A DNA stretch of 52,068 nt from Armatimonadia bacterium (GCA_039683575.1 JBDKRC010000208.1:1-52068); one strand, 5' to 3'. Numbered from the stretch's first letter, positions 8,847 to 18,332 are shown. The notes: generated by a model not told the origin, from the letters alone. Numbers and translations: made by a program.

Positions 8847-10841
8847 ATGGCGGTCGCAGAGAGTACTGCATTCGAAGAACGCAATCCACAGCTGCAGCCT
8901 GTGTCACTGCGGACGCTGCTGGTGGCGCTCATTATTACTGTGTTCGGGCTATTCTTCTACGCCCGCAGCTCGCTCAATGGCCTCGGGGCCGGCGTGCCCC
9001 TGGCGCTGGCAGTCCTGGGTGGCCTGGTGGCCCTGGAGCCGGTGCTGCGGCGCTGGCTCAAGCTGACGCGTGCCGACATCATCGTCATCTACTGCTTCGT
9101 CCTCATCGCGTCACATAGCTATCAACTGGTTGACAGGTTCCTGCCGGCATACACCGTGCCGCTGTATTTCGCGGCGCCGGAGAACAACTTCGAGCAACTG
9201 GCGGACGAGTACGTCCCGTCGTGGTTTGTGCCCAAGGACCGTGAGGTTATACGGACGTACTTCGAGGGGGCGGACGGGCCGTTCTCGCTGCGTCCTTGGG
9301 TTCTGCCGCTATCGCTCTGGACTTTGTTCTTCATGACGATGTGGGGGACGCTGTATTGCCTGACGGCGATCCTGCGGCGGCATTGGGTGGAGCATGAACG
9401 GTTGTCGTTCCCGCTGGTGACGGTGCCACTGTACATCGCAAGCGCGGGAAGCGGGCGGTTGCGGCCGCGTACGGTCATCTGGCGCGAGCCGCTGATGTGG
9501 GTGGGGTTCGCGATCTCGAGCGTTCACTTCCTGACGATCATGCTGCACGCCTCGAACCCGTCCATCCCGACGCTGGGGACGAACTATGACGTCGGCAAGC
9601 TGTTTACCGAGAAGCCGCTGGACGCACTGCGGCCGCTGTTCCTATTCGTCTATAACCCGACGCTGACGGGGCTCGCCTACTTCGCACCGCAGGACCTGTC
9701 ATTCTCGATGTGGTTCTTCTTCATCTTCTATTTCAAGCCGCTGGCGCTGTTCTACCGCCTGTCAGGGTTGCAGACGCCGTCGGGCTTCCCATACTACTGG
9801 GAGCAAAGCGCGGGGGCCTTTGTGGCGATTGCGGTGTTCTATGCGTGGGCGGGGCGCGGGTACCTCAAGCGGGTGGCGCTGGCAGCGTGGAACGGGACGT
9901 GGCTCACCGGTGAGGACCCGCGCAACAAGTGGGCGGATCCGCTGAGCTACCGGCTGGCCGTTGGCGGCCTGATCTGCGGGTTTGTGGCGATGTGTCTGTG
10001 GTATGTGCTGGCGGGGATGACGCCGTGGGTGACGGCACTCTTCTTCTTCCTGATCATTCTCTTTGCGGTGATCTTCACCAGGGGGCGGGCAGAGACGGGG
10101 GTGGCTTCCACGGCCTCATATCCGTTCTGGCAGGCAAGCAGGCAGATCAAGTCCTTCCTGGGGTCTGGGCCACTGGTATATGGCGGCAGTCTGTCAAACC
10201 TCGTGATGCTCGGAAGCCTGATCTACCTGCACTTCGGTGACTACCCCGAGGGGATGACCTACCAGGTGGAGAGCCTGAAGCTGGGCGAGGAATCGCGCGT
10301 CAAGACGTCCCACATGACCTGGATCATCATCGGCTCCATGCTGGTGGGGCTGCTGGTGCACTACTACGTCTTCCTGACCATGTCGTATGAGTGGGGGAAC
10401 AATACTCTCGGCGGGGGGACGACACAGGGCGGCTATGGCGTCAGCATCGCACGGAGCGAGTGGATGGAAGTGAGCAAGGTCGCGGACGGTAACCCGCTGC
10501 GGCCCGACTGGAACCGCAATGGCTTCACGCTGGCCGCTTTCCTCATCACGCTCCTGCTCGTGTTCATCAGGGTGAAGGTGCCCAGGTCACCGTTCCACCC
10601 ACTTGGGTTCGTAATGACCATGTCATACGGCTATGCCTACTGGGGATCGTTTTTCACGATCTGGCTGGTCAAGGCGATCATCTTGCGGCTGGGTGGGGTG
10701 CGGATGTACCACAAGCTCACGCCGGTGTTCGTGGGGCTGGTGATGGGGCAAATCTTCATGCTGAGCCTCATCTGGCCACTCTGGGCGATGTTCTCGCCGG
10801 AGGAGTGGAAGACGCTGGCTGACCCACTGATCTATTTCTAG
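8847..10841 (+). CDS. Polytopic membrane protein, DUF6785/DUF6784-like (putative transporter)
   Basis: 664 aa with many TM helices; 'LRRHWVEHERLSFPL', 'P..FHPLGF', 'LGGVRMYHKLTPVFVGLVMG' motifs recalled from this family. Confidence 0.7.
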   Translation: MAVAESTAFEERNPQLQPVSLRTLLVALIITVFGLFFYARSSLNGLGAGVPLALAVLGGLVALEPVLRRWLKLTRADIIVIYCFVLIASHSYQLVDRFLPAYTVPLYFAAPENNFEQLADEYVPSWFVPKDREVIRTYFEGADGPFSLRPWVLPLSLWTLFFMTMWGTLYCLTAILRRHWVEHERLSFPLVTVPLYIASAGSGRLRPRTVIWREPLMWVGFAISSVHFLTIMLHASNPSIPTLGTNYDVGKLFTEKPLDALRPLFLFVYNPTLTGLAYFAPQDLSFSMWFFFIFYFKPLALFYRLSGLQTPSGFPYYWEQSAGAFVAIAVFYAWAGRGYLKRVALAAWNGTWLTGEDPRNKWADPLSYRLAVGGLICGFVAMCLWYVLAGMTPWVTALFFFLIILFAVIFTRGRAETGVASTASYPFWQASRQIKSFLGSGPLVYGGSLSNLVMLGSLIYLHFGDYPEGMTYQVESLKLGEESRVKTSHMTWIIIGSMLVGLLVHYYVFLTMSYEWGNNTLGGGTTQGGYGVSIARSEWMEVSKVADGNPLRPDWNRNGFTLAAFLITLLLVFIRVKVPRSPFHPLGFVMTMSYGYAYWGSFFTIWLVKAIILRLGGVRMYHKLTPVFVGLVMGQIFMLSLIWPLWAMFSPEEWKTLADPLIYF

Positions 10842-10852
10842 CGGCGGAAACG

Positions 10853-10883
10853 AAAATCAGGCGGCTGGGGGGCCAGCCGCCTG
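10853..10883. terminator. Terminator between convergent genes
   Basis: caggcggctgg/ccagccgcctg 11-bp stem; A-tract on the left gives a U-tract for the minus-strand xfp transcript. Confidence 0.7.
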
Positions 10884-10908
10884 TAACCGAAGCGAAGGGT
10901 CAACGGCC

Positions 10909-13317
10909 TTACTCAGGCTTCCAGAGCCACTCCTGGACCATTGGCATATCCTCGCCGTAGGTGGCGATGTAGTGCCGATGCTCCGTTAGCAGGTCCCGCA
11001 TCTTCTGTCGCACGTGCGCCACGCGATAGCCGAGTTGCGGCACCCGGTCTATCACGTCCATCACCAGATTGAACCGGCTCATGTCATTGCGAACGGTCAT
11101 GTCGAACGGCGTCGTGGTCGTGCCCTCTTCCTTGTATCCCCGTACGTGCAGATTCTTGTGGTTGGTCCGTCGGTATGTCAGCCTGTGGATCAGCCACGGG
11201 TATCCGTGGTAGGCGAAGATGATCGGCTTGTCCGTGGTAAAGAGCGCATCGAATTCAGCGTTCGACAAGCCATGAGGATGCTCTTCGGGCGGCTGGAGTG
11301 TCATGAGATCCACCACGTTGATTACCCGCACCACGAGATCCGGCACGTACTCGCGCAGCAGGCTCACCGCTGCCAGCGTCTCCAGCGTTGGCACGTCGCC
11401 CGCGCAGGCCAGGACGACCTCGGGCTCCTTCGCCTGATCACTGCTCGCCCAGTCCCAGATGCCGATGCCCGCCGTGGCGTGTCTGACGGCAGCCTCGATG
11501 TCCAGCCACTGCGGCTCCGGCTGCTTACCGGCGACGATGACGTTCACATAGTCCCGGCTGCGCAGGCAGTGATCCATCACCGAAAGCAGCGTGTTGGCGT
11601 CCGGGGGCAGGTAGACGCGCACTACCGCTGCCTTCTTGTTGACCACAACGTCAAGGAAGCCGGGATCCTGGTGGCTGAAGCCGTTGTGGTCCTGGCGCCA
11701 AACATGTGAGGTCAGAAGGTAGTTGAGGGAGGCGATGGGCCGTCGCCAGGGCACTTTCTGCGATGATTCCAGCCACTTGGCGTGCTGGTTGAACATGGCG
11801 TCCACGATATGGATGAAGGCCTCGTAGCAGTTGAACAGGCCGTGGCGGCCGGTGAGCAGATAGCCCTCGAGCCACCCCTCGCAGGTGTGTTCGCTGAGAA
11901 TCTCCATGACGCGCCCATCTGGCGCGAGGTCCACATCATCAGCATTGGTCGCGGCATTCCACTGGCGTTTGGTGACCTCGAAGACGTCACCCAGGCGGTT
12001 GGAGGCAGTCTCGTCAGGGCCAAACAGGCGGAAGTTTCGGCGGTCGGCGTTCATGGCCATGATGTCGCGCAGGAACTTGCCCGACACGCGCGTGGTCTCG
12101 GCCATGACCGTGCCGTTCTGCTTCACCTCAACGGCATACTGCCGGAAGTCAGGCAGCCGCAGGTCCTTTAGCAGGATGCCACCATTGGCATAGGGGTTGG
12201 CCCCCATGCGCTTCTCCCCCACCGGACGCAAATCCCGCAACTCCGCCACAAGCCGGCCCTGCTCGTCGAAAAGCTCCTCGGCATGGTAGCTCCTGAGCCA
12301 TTCATCCAGAATCTTCAGATGCTCCGGATTCTGCCGAACGTCGGTTACAGGCACCTGGTGAGACCGGTAATGCCCCTCGGCCTTGAGACCGTCCACGTAC
12401 TTGGGCCCAGTCCATCCCTTGGGCGTTTCCAGAACGATCATTGGCCACAGCGGGCGGGTCACGTCCCCACTCTCCCGCGCCTCGCGCTGGATGCGCTTGA
12501 TCTCCGCCACGACGGCTTCAAGCGTCGCCGCCAGCAACTGGTGTACTTCGGCCGGGTCATCGCCCCGCACGTACCATGGGGTATAGCCGTACCCAATCAT
12601 CAGGGCTTCGAGTTCCTCGCCGCCTATGCGGGCCAGAATGGTGGGATTGGCGATCTTGAAGCCGTTGAGGTGCAGAATCGGGAGCACTGCGCCGTCGGTG
12701 GCGGGGTTGAGGAACTTGTTTGAGTGCCACGCGGTGGCCAGGGGGCCGGTCTCGGCCTCACCGTCGCCCACGACAGCCGCGACGATCAAGTCCGGATTAT
12801 CGAAGGCCGCCCCATAGGCGTGGCTGAGGGAGTAGCCCAGTTCGCCGCCCTCGTTGATCGAACCGGGGGTTTCGGGGGCGGTATGGCTGGGGATGCCATA
12901 CGGGAACGAGAACTGCTTGAAGAGGCGCTTGAGGCCCTCCTCATCTTCAGATACGGCCTGGTAGAACTCGGTGTACGTCCCCTCAAGGTAAGTATTGGCG
13001 ACTATCCCGGGGGCGCCATGGCCGGGACCCGTGAGGTAGATCACGTTGAGGTCCTGAGCCTTGATGAGGCGGTTCAGGTGGGCGTAGATGAGATTGAGAC
13101 CGGGCACGGTACCGAAATGCCCTAACAGGCGCGGCTTCACGTGCTCCGGTCTCAGAGGCTCGCGCAAAAGCGGGTTGTCCATCAGGTATATCTGCCCGAT
13201 GGACAGGTAATTGGCGGCGCGCCAATAGGCGTTGATCAGGCGCAGGTCCTCATCTGAGAGGGGGCGCGCCGTCGCCACCTTGCCTTCGGGCTTCGTCTGG
13301 GTCAGCAACTCGTCCAT
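10909..13317 (-). CDS. xfp: Phosphoketolase (xylulose-5-P/fructose-6-P)
   Basis: [37 protein letters not shown] (TPP motif), [30 protein letters not shown]. Confidence 0.97.
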   Translation of the reverse strand: MDELLTQTKPEGKVATARPLSDEDLRLINAYWRAANYLSIGQIYLMDNPLLREPLRPEHVKPRLLGHFGTVPGLNLIYAHLNRLIKAQDLNVIYLTGPGHGAPGIVANTYLEGTYTEFYQAVSEDEEGLKRLFKQFSFPYGIPSHTAPETPGSINEGGELGYSLSHAYGAAFDNPDLIVAAVVGDGEAETGPLATAWHSNKFLNPATDGAVLPILHLNGFKIANPTILARIGGEELEALMIGYGYTPWYVRGDDPAEVHQLLAATLEAVVAEIKRIQREARESGDVTRPLWPMIVLETPKGWTGPKYVDGLKAEGHYRSHQVPVTDVRQNPEHLKILDEWLRSYHAEELFDEQGRLVAELRDLRPVGEKRMGANPYANGGILLKDLRLPDFRQYAVEVKQNGTVMAETTRVSGKFLRDIMAMNADRRNFRLFGPDETASNRLGDVFEVTKRQWNAATNADDVDLAPDGRVMEILSEHTCEGWLEGYLLTGRHGLFNCYEAFIHIVDAMFNQHAKWLESSQKVPWRRPIASLNYLLTSHVWRQDHNGFSHQDPGFLDVVVNKKAAVVRVYLPPDANTLLSVMDHCLRSRDYVNVIVAGKQPEPQWLDIEAAVRHATAGIGIWDWASSDQAKEPEVVLACAGDVPTLETLAAVSLLREYVPDLVVRVINVVDLMTLQPPEEHPHGLSNAEFDALFTTDKPIIFAYHGYPWLIHRLTYRRTNHKNLHVRGYKEEGTTTTPFDMTVRNDMSRFNLVMDVIDRVPQLGYRVAHVRQKMRDLLTEHRHYIATYGEDMPMVQEWLWKPE

Positions 13318-13399
13318 CCGCTCATCACTCCCGTTCCTACCGCTCCGCGGTGCTAGTCCTTTGACCCGTGTGGCCCTGCAGAGTTCATTCCGCTGGTGC

Positions 13400-14404
13400 T
13401 CAGAGCCCCAGCGGGCTGGGCAGATCCACCGGCTTCTTCAGCTCCGAGGAGAGGTACATTGCCTGCGCTATTTCGACCACCCGGCGCCCCCAGTAGCCGT
13501 TGATGCCGGGGTCACGGTCTTCTTCTATTGCGCCGATGAATTCAGCCCACTCCGCCTGCCAGGCCGGCGGGCCCTCCACCGGAATATCCTCTTTCTCGCG
13601 GTTGTGGTAGAACTCGATTCCTCCGCCGTAGGTCGGGAAGGTCATGGCCCCTTCGGTGCCGGTGAACTCGTTGCGGTTGAGGTCGCGCTGGCCGTATGCG
13701 TCCTGCCAGAGGCTGATCACAGCGCCGCCGGAGAAGTGGAGCAGACCGAAGGTGTGCAGTTCGACATCAATGTGCGTCAGGTCAGGGCGCTCGTTGCCAC
13801 ACGCGGCATATACCGAGGTGACGTGCTGGCCCGTCATGAACATCAGGCGGCCGATCGCGTGGGAACCGTTGTTCATAACCGTGCCACCGCCAGCGGCATC
13901 CTTGCGCAGGAGCCACTTGATCTTGCGCTCCGCCTCGGGCTCGACTTGGCCGTAGGACATCAGATCGGTGCCGAGCACGAGCTTGCCGAGGCGCCCGCCC
14001 TGAACGAGTTCGCGCGCCTTCCGGATGATGGGCATGAAGTGATGCGTGTAGCCGATCATGAGCTTACGGCCCGACTTCTGTTGGGCAGCAATGATCTCGT
14101 CACACTCATCCACAGAGCAGGCCATGGGCTTTTCGAGCAGGACATGCTGGCCGGCGGCAAACGCGGCGACGGCGACCTCGCGGTGGAGGCAATGGGGAAC
14201 GCAGATCACGACGGCGTCAGACACGCCGGCGGCGAGGAGGTCGCGGTAGTCGGCGAAGGGTTGGCCACCATGCTCGTCAGCCATGAGACGGGCCTGGTCG
14301 AGGTTAAGGTCAGCAAAAGCAGTGATCTGATGCTCGGGGAAGGCTTTGAGGGCGGAGGCGTGGCTGCCGGCAACGCGGCCGGCGCCGATGAGGGCGATAC
14401 GCAT
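13400..14404 (-). CDS. Gfo/Idh/MocA family oxidoreductase
   Basis: [31 protein letters not shown] motifs. Confidence 0.9.
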   Translation of the reverse strand: MRIALIGAGRVAGSHASALKAFPEHQITAFADLNLDQARLMADEHGGQPFADYRDLLAAGVSDAVVICVPHCLHREVAVAAFAAGQHVLLEKPMACSVDECDEIIAAQQKSGRKLMIGYTHHFMPIIRKARELVQGGRLGKLVLGTDLMSYGQVEPEAERKIKWLLRKDAAGGGTVMNNGSHAIGRLMFMTGQHVTSVYAACGNERPDLTHIDVELHTFGLLHFSGGAVISLWQDAYGQRDLNRNEFTGTEGAMTFPTYGGGIEFYHNREKEDIPVEGPPAWQAEWAEFIGAIEEDRDPGINGYWGRRVVEIAQAMYLSSELKKPVDLPSPLGL

Positions 14405-14484
14405 TCAGGGTCGGTCCTTTCAGTAAAGGGGGCCGGGAACCTGAAGACGACACTCGGTAGCTCGGCCCACGAGGCAGATGGTGT

Positions 14485-15492
14485 TCAACGTGTCAGCAAG
14501 TCGGGCAGGGTGCTCGCGAGGCAGTATAAGGTGTCGTGGAGGGGCTTGGCAACCCATAGCAGGGCGAGGAATCCGAGGAGAGCCTCGGTGGCCAGCATTA
14601 CCGGGAGGGGAAGGGCGAGAGACGGGTAGTGCTCTTCCTCGAGTGCGGCAAGACGTTGTTCAGGACTTGCATAGCCGGGGAAGGTCGGGCGGAGCGGGGC
14701 GAGATCGCCCTGGAGCCGAAGCTGGCGGGAACGCTTGAGGGCCGCCATTTTGCGAAGGGCAGAGGCCAGGACGGTGCTGGAATGGCTGGCAGCCGCGGAT
14801 GCGTCACAGACGCGTTCCACGGCCGCGCGGAAGGCATAGAGGTAGTAGTGGGTGGTGGGGAGCCACAGAAGCGGGTCGCTGACAGCACGGATCAGCAGTT
14901 CAAGGCGGCTATCGCGGTTTCGGGCGTGGCAGTGCTCATGTGAAAGGACTGCGGCGGCCTCGTCCTCGTCAAGAACACCGGTAAGCCCCGAGGTCATGAG
15001 GACTATAGGCGTGCTCAGTCCGAGTGAGAAGCAGTCGGCTTCATCGGTAGGCAGGACAATGGCGGAAGCGTCTGACGAGTTCTTGCCCTGGCGAGCCAGG
15101 AGACGGTGAGCGAGGCCCTCGGCTCGACGCGAGGAGTACCAGGACATTACGAGGCGTACCACCGCGAACAGAATGAGGCCAACCGCCGTGGCGGCATAGA
15201 GACGGAGGCGGAAGTGGGCATCAGGCAGTGAGGCGACCCGCTGCAAACACCAGTGCCCTCTGATGTCAGAGGGCTGACCGGAGGGATCGTGGACGAAGAC
15301 GAAGGCCAGGATGGTCAGGATGGTGCCGGAGAGCAGGGGAAGCAGGTTTGCAATGAGCCAGAAGCGCCGCGCGGTGGTAGGCGGGCAGTTATGCAACGAC
15401 TCCGCCGCGACCATGATGGGGAGGAAGAGGATCAGACTGGCGGCGCCGCTGCACAGGAGCAGCATCCCCCCAACGGCGCCGAGCTGAGCCAT
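14485..15492 (-). CDS. BlaR1-like M56/M48 membrane zinc metallopeptidase lacking a penicillin-binding sensor domain
   Basis: N-terminal TM helices, 'LMTSGL..LDEDE..AVLSHEHCH..NRD' (HExxH), 'ERVCD..A' third ligand, 'LASAL.K', C-terminal TM. Confidence 0.88.
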   Translation of the reverse strand: MAQLGAVGGMLLLCSGAASLILFLPIMVAAESLHNCPPTTARRFWLIANLLPLLSGTILTILAFVFVHDPSGQPSDIRGHWCLQRVASLPDAHFRLRLYAATAVGLILFAVVRLVMSWYSSRRAEGLAHRLLARQGKNSSDASAIVLPTDEADCFSLGLSTPIVLMTSGLTGVLDEDEAAAVLSHEHCHARNRDSRLELLIRAVSDPLLWLPTTHYYLYAFRAAVERVCDASAAASHSSTVLASALRKMAALKRSRQLRLQGDLAPLRPTFPGYASPEQRLAALEEEHYPSLALPLPVMLATEALLGFLALLWVAKPLHDTLYCLASTLPDLLTR

Positions 15493-16103
15493 CAGTCACG
15501 CTCCTGCTCGTCATCTGCGGGAGGGTTGGCATCGTTGAGCGCGTCCAGCAGATCATCCTCGTCATTGTCTTCGAGGAAGTAGCTCAGCGCCGGCTGCCCC
15601 ATGAAGCGGCGGAAGAGCGGGGTGCTCTGACGCAGGTCCGCCGGCGAAAGCGCAGCGGCATATTGCTGGGATGACGTCCCTTCGCCGCGCTTCACATAGC
15701 CACGACGGTGGAGGCTGCTCAGGCCGGAGAGGACCTGCGCGTACTGGACCTCAGGGGTATCAGCCGCCAGGTCATGCAGCAATTCATCAGGGGTCTGTGA
15801 ACGGCCGGCCTGCCAGAGCGCTGTCATCAGGCGCGCTTCGAAGGCGCCAAAGGTCTTCACCATGGCGTCGCCGGTGGCGGCGTAGCCGAGTTCGCGGCGA
15901 AGCTCGAGCGCCACGTGGCGGCAGGCGTGGCAGTACCGCAGGTGTGCAGCCATCGCGGCCTGCTCCGCGCGTTTCAGCCTTCCTTCGGCAAAGGCCGCAA
16001 GGTCCTCGAAGGCGTAGGCGACACATTCACTGGTGTTTGGGGTGACCATTTGTGATATCGCCGCCCAGAAATCGGCGCTGTCATTGTCAGTTGTGGGTTT
16101 CAT
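15492..16103 (-). CDS. Zinc-finger (zf-HC2/ZAS) anti-sigma domain fused to a BlaI/MecI/CopY-like winged-helix domain
   Basis: N-terminal 'LAAFAEGRL..AE.AAM.AHLRYCHACR' (Hx3Cx2C). C-terminal 'FGAFEARLMTALWQAG...QYAQVLSGLSSLHRRGYVKR...FMGQPALSYFLE' aligns by eye with the adjacent BlaI. ATG 16103 overlaps the sigma stop (ATGA). Confidence 0.8.
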   Translation of the reverse strand: MKPTTDNDSADFWAAISQMVTPNTSECVAYAFEDLAAFAEGRLKRAEQAAMAAHLRYCHACRHVALELRRELGYAATGDAMVKTFGAFEARLMTALWQAGRSQTPDELLHDLAADTPEVQYAQVLSGLSSLHRRGYVKRGEGTSSQQYAAALSPADLRQSTPLFRRFMGQPALSYFLEDNDEDDLLDALNDANPPADDEQERD

Positions 16104-16699
16104 GCGGTTGATCCTGCGACAGCCAGCGTTGCCGGCGTGTAGTTCTTTCCTTCCAGGCACTTGCGCATGCGTCCGTCTACCCTGAAGATGCGGGTGCTGA
16201 CTGTGTTTATGTTCAGGCCCATCTGCTCGGCGATGACATGATACTCGCGGCCTTGCAGGCGGTGCTGGACCCATACCTCTCGCATCACGAGGTTGACCTG
16301 GCTCAGGCAATCCGCGAGGGCGTGGCAGAGGTCCCGGCGGTAGACTTGCCAGAAGGGATCGTTGCCAGGCCGATCGGCGACGCGATCCACGATGGGCTCG
16401 GCCTCGACGGGCTGGTCGGCCATCCGCTCTCCGTTGAGCTTGAGCTTCTGGAGGTAGCGTAGATGGCAATTGAAAAGGATCGCGAGAGCCCAGGACTCGA
16501 ACTGGGCGCGCCACTGGAACTCCGGCAGTTTGCGCATCACGATCTCAAGTGCCTGTTGTGAAAGATCCTGTGCGGCTTCAGCGTCAACCCGCCGACGGCG
16601 AAGGGCTCGCAGGAAGGCCGCTTGACAGGTCTGTGCGATTTCAGCGCGGGCTTCTTCCTGGCCGCGCTGGGCCGCGGAGACCATTTGCTTGGTGATCAT
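16100..16699 (-). CDS. ECF RNA polymerase sigma factor
   Basis: Region 2 'AAQDLSQQAL...LPEFQWRAQFESWALAILFN' and region 4 'YHVIAEQMGLNINTVSTRIFR'. Confidence 0.9.
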   Translation of the reverse strand: MITKQMVSAAQRGQEEARAEIAQTCQAAFLRALRRRRVDAEAAQDLSQQALEIVMRKLPEFQWRAQFESWALAILFNCHLRYLQKLKLNGERMADQPVEAEPIVDRVADRPGNDPFWQVYRRDLCHALADCLSQVNLVMREVWVQHRLQGREYHVIAEQMGLNINTVSTRIFRVDGRMRKCLEGKNYTPATLAVAGSTA

Positions 16700-16822
16700 G
16701 CCATCCCCCTGGAGGGGGGAAGCGATCCGCTTTCTGTCACAGTGGTAAATGCACCGAGGCGGCGGATTCTTCCCGAGGTTCGATTGTTTTTTTCACTATT
16801 TGATGGTCTGGCGTAGATGCGG

Positions 16823-17275
16823 CTAGTCTTCGCGCTTCTTCTGCTGTTCCTGGCGCTGGCGGATCATCTGAGCCAGGGTATCAAGCTTGTCCGGATGCTC
16901 GTCGCCAAGGGCCTCCACAAAGTACGCCATGGCCGGCTCGGCGAAGGTGGACATCAGGGAGTCAATGACTTGCTTGGTGACGTTGCTGGTAAGCTCGCGG
17001 CGGCTGACGCGGGGGCTGTAGTAGTAGGCCTTGCCGCGCATCTCCCGGGAAAGCAAGCCCTTCGCGTGCAGACGGCTCAGGGTGGTCATGATCGTGGTAT
17101 AGGCCGGATTCTTGCCGCCACGGGTGAGCGCTTCTCGGACGTCGTCCACAGAGACGGGGGCTTCGGCCTTCCAGGTAGCCTCCATCACCTCGGCCTCGAG
17201 CTTGCCGAGCATCTTCTGAAGACCCTCGCTACCCGGGCGAAAGACCGGCAGGTGTGGGTTTTCCTGCGATTTCAT
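16823..17275 (-). CDS. BlaI/MecI/CopY family transcriptional repressor
   Basis: 'LGKLEAEVMEATW', 'AYTTIMTTLSRLHAKGLLSR...GKAYYYSP' signature; GGAGG RBS. Confidence 0.93.
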   Translation of the reverse strand: MKSQENPHLPVFRPGSEGLQKMLGKLEAEVMEATWKAEAPVSVDDVREALTRGGKNPAYTTIMTTLSRLHAKGLLSREMRGKAYYYSPRVSRRELTSNVTKQVIDSLMSTFAEPAMAYFVEALGDEHPDKLDTLAQMIRQRQEQQKKRED

Positions 17276-17328
17276 GCTTGCGACCTCCAGGGGTGCAAGG
17301 AGGCTGTGTGGAGCACCCCAAGGATATA

Positions 17329-17363
17329 CTACTTAGAATAGTAGACACGTCAATAGCTGTCAA
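17329..17363 (-). promoter_or_regulatory. sigma70 promoter of the blaI-like operon with overlapping palindromic operator
   Basis: Minus-strand TTGACA (17363-17358), 17 nt, TATTCT (17340-17335). Inverted repeat CTACT-N6-AGTAG (17329-17344) overlaps the -10. A second possible promoter TTGACG-N16-TAGTAT is nested. Confidence 0.7.
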
Positions 17364-17421
17364 CCCCCAAGGTCATTCTGAGGTGGCCCCACGGTATGCA
17401 ACATCCAGATGATACCACTGT

Positions 17422-17597
17422 GCAGGCTAATTCGCCGTCGCGGCTTGATATCCTCCCCTCATGGCCTGATGGCCGCTTCTGAGCCCAACGAGGACAGGCG
17501 GCCCTACCGCTACCGCCCCTCGTGGTTGCAGAGCATGGCCGGAGCGCACAACTGAGCGGGAGGAAGTTCGTCCGGCGACAGGGAACTTCAGGCCCAC
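17422..17597 (-). ncRNA. Putative 6S RNA (SsrS-like)
   Basis: ~176-nt rod: ends pair (17592-17597 with 17422-17427; 17576-17581 with 17435-17440; 17558-17564 with 17451-17457). 12x9-nt central bubble ~45 nt from the 5' end and ~70-nt apical stem. Several A.C mismatches on + become G-U on -, favouring the minus strand. Confidence 0.55.
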
Positions 17598-17618
17598 CAA
17601 AAGGCTATCATCATTATT

Positions 17619-18332
17619 GTGACCGATCATCTGATGAGATTCCGGGGAGTGATACGCCGTGAGGGGTGCCTGGCGGCGCTGGAGCGCGGCTGGGCGCGGG
17701 GGTTTGAGGCTGTCGCGGCACTGCGGGTAAGCCATCTGCTGGGGCGGTTACGCAACCTGTGGCGGCTGCCGGGACTGCGTCGGCGGCACCACGGCGGCAC
17801 GCTGAACCTCGGGTGCGGCCCCGACCGCCGCGCGGACTGGCTAAACGCAGACTTGGGGCTGACAGGTGATATCCACCTGGATGCTTCCCGACGCTTTCCC
17901 TTCCGTGATGATTGGTTTACGATGGTTTTCACGGAGCATATGCTGGAGCACCTGAGCGAAGGGGCAGCGGCGGTGTGCCTGCAGGAGTGCTATCGGGTGT
18001 TGCAGCCCGGTGGCACGCTGCGAGTGAGCACCCCCGATCTGGGTTACGTTGTGGGCAAGTATGTGGCGCGCGATCTGGCACACCGGCAGGAGACAGCGGC
18101 GGTTTCGCCCTGGAAGTACGGCGCGGAGACGCTGCCTACGGATGCCCAGGCGCTGAACGACGGCTTCTACCTGTGGGAGCACCGGCATCTCTATGATGCC
18201 GAGGACCTCCGTCGGGTGATGGAGGCGGCAGGTCTTGTCGGGGTGGAGGTGCAGGAGGCGGGGGAACCGGGCGAGGGGCCGGAGAGTCGAAAACATGGTT
18301 CACTGGTGGCGGAGGGGAAGAAGTCAGTCTAG
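17619..18332 (+). CDS. Class I SAM-dependent methyltransferase (Methyltransf_11-like)
   Basis: 'LNLGCG...W.NAD', 'FPF.D', 'EHMLEHL', 'ECYRVLQPGG.LRVSTPD'. Start codon uncertain (17619, 17634 or 17649). Confidence 0.85.
   Translation: MTDHLMRFRGVIRREGCLAALERGWARGFEAVAALRVSHLLGRLRNLWRLPGLRRRHHGGTLNLGCGPDRRADWLNADLGLTGDIHLDASRRFPFRDDWFTMVFTEHMLEHLSEGAAAVCLQECYRVLQPGGTLRVSTPDLGYVVGKYVARDLAHRQETAAVSPWKYGAETLPTDAQALNDGFYLWEHRHLYDAEDLRRVMEAAGLVGVEVQEAGEPGEGPESRKHGSLVAEGKKSV

Noticed and set aside
13232-14629. 465-aa plus-strand ORF
   Set aside because: Antisense shadow of the Gfo/Idh/MocA gene; long shadow ORFs are expected at this GC content.
16104-16514. N-terminal 137-aa extension of the anti-sigma ORF in the ORF track
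   Set aside because: It overlaps the ECF sigma gene in another frame and is Arg/Pro-rich shadow sequence; ATG 16103 gives a normal ATGA coupling.
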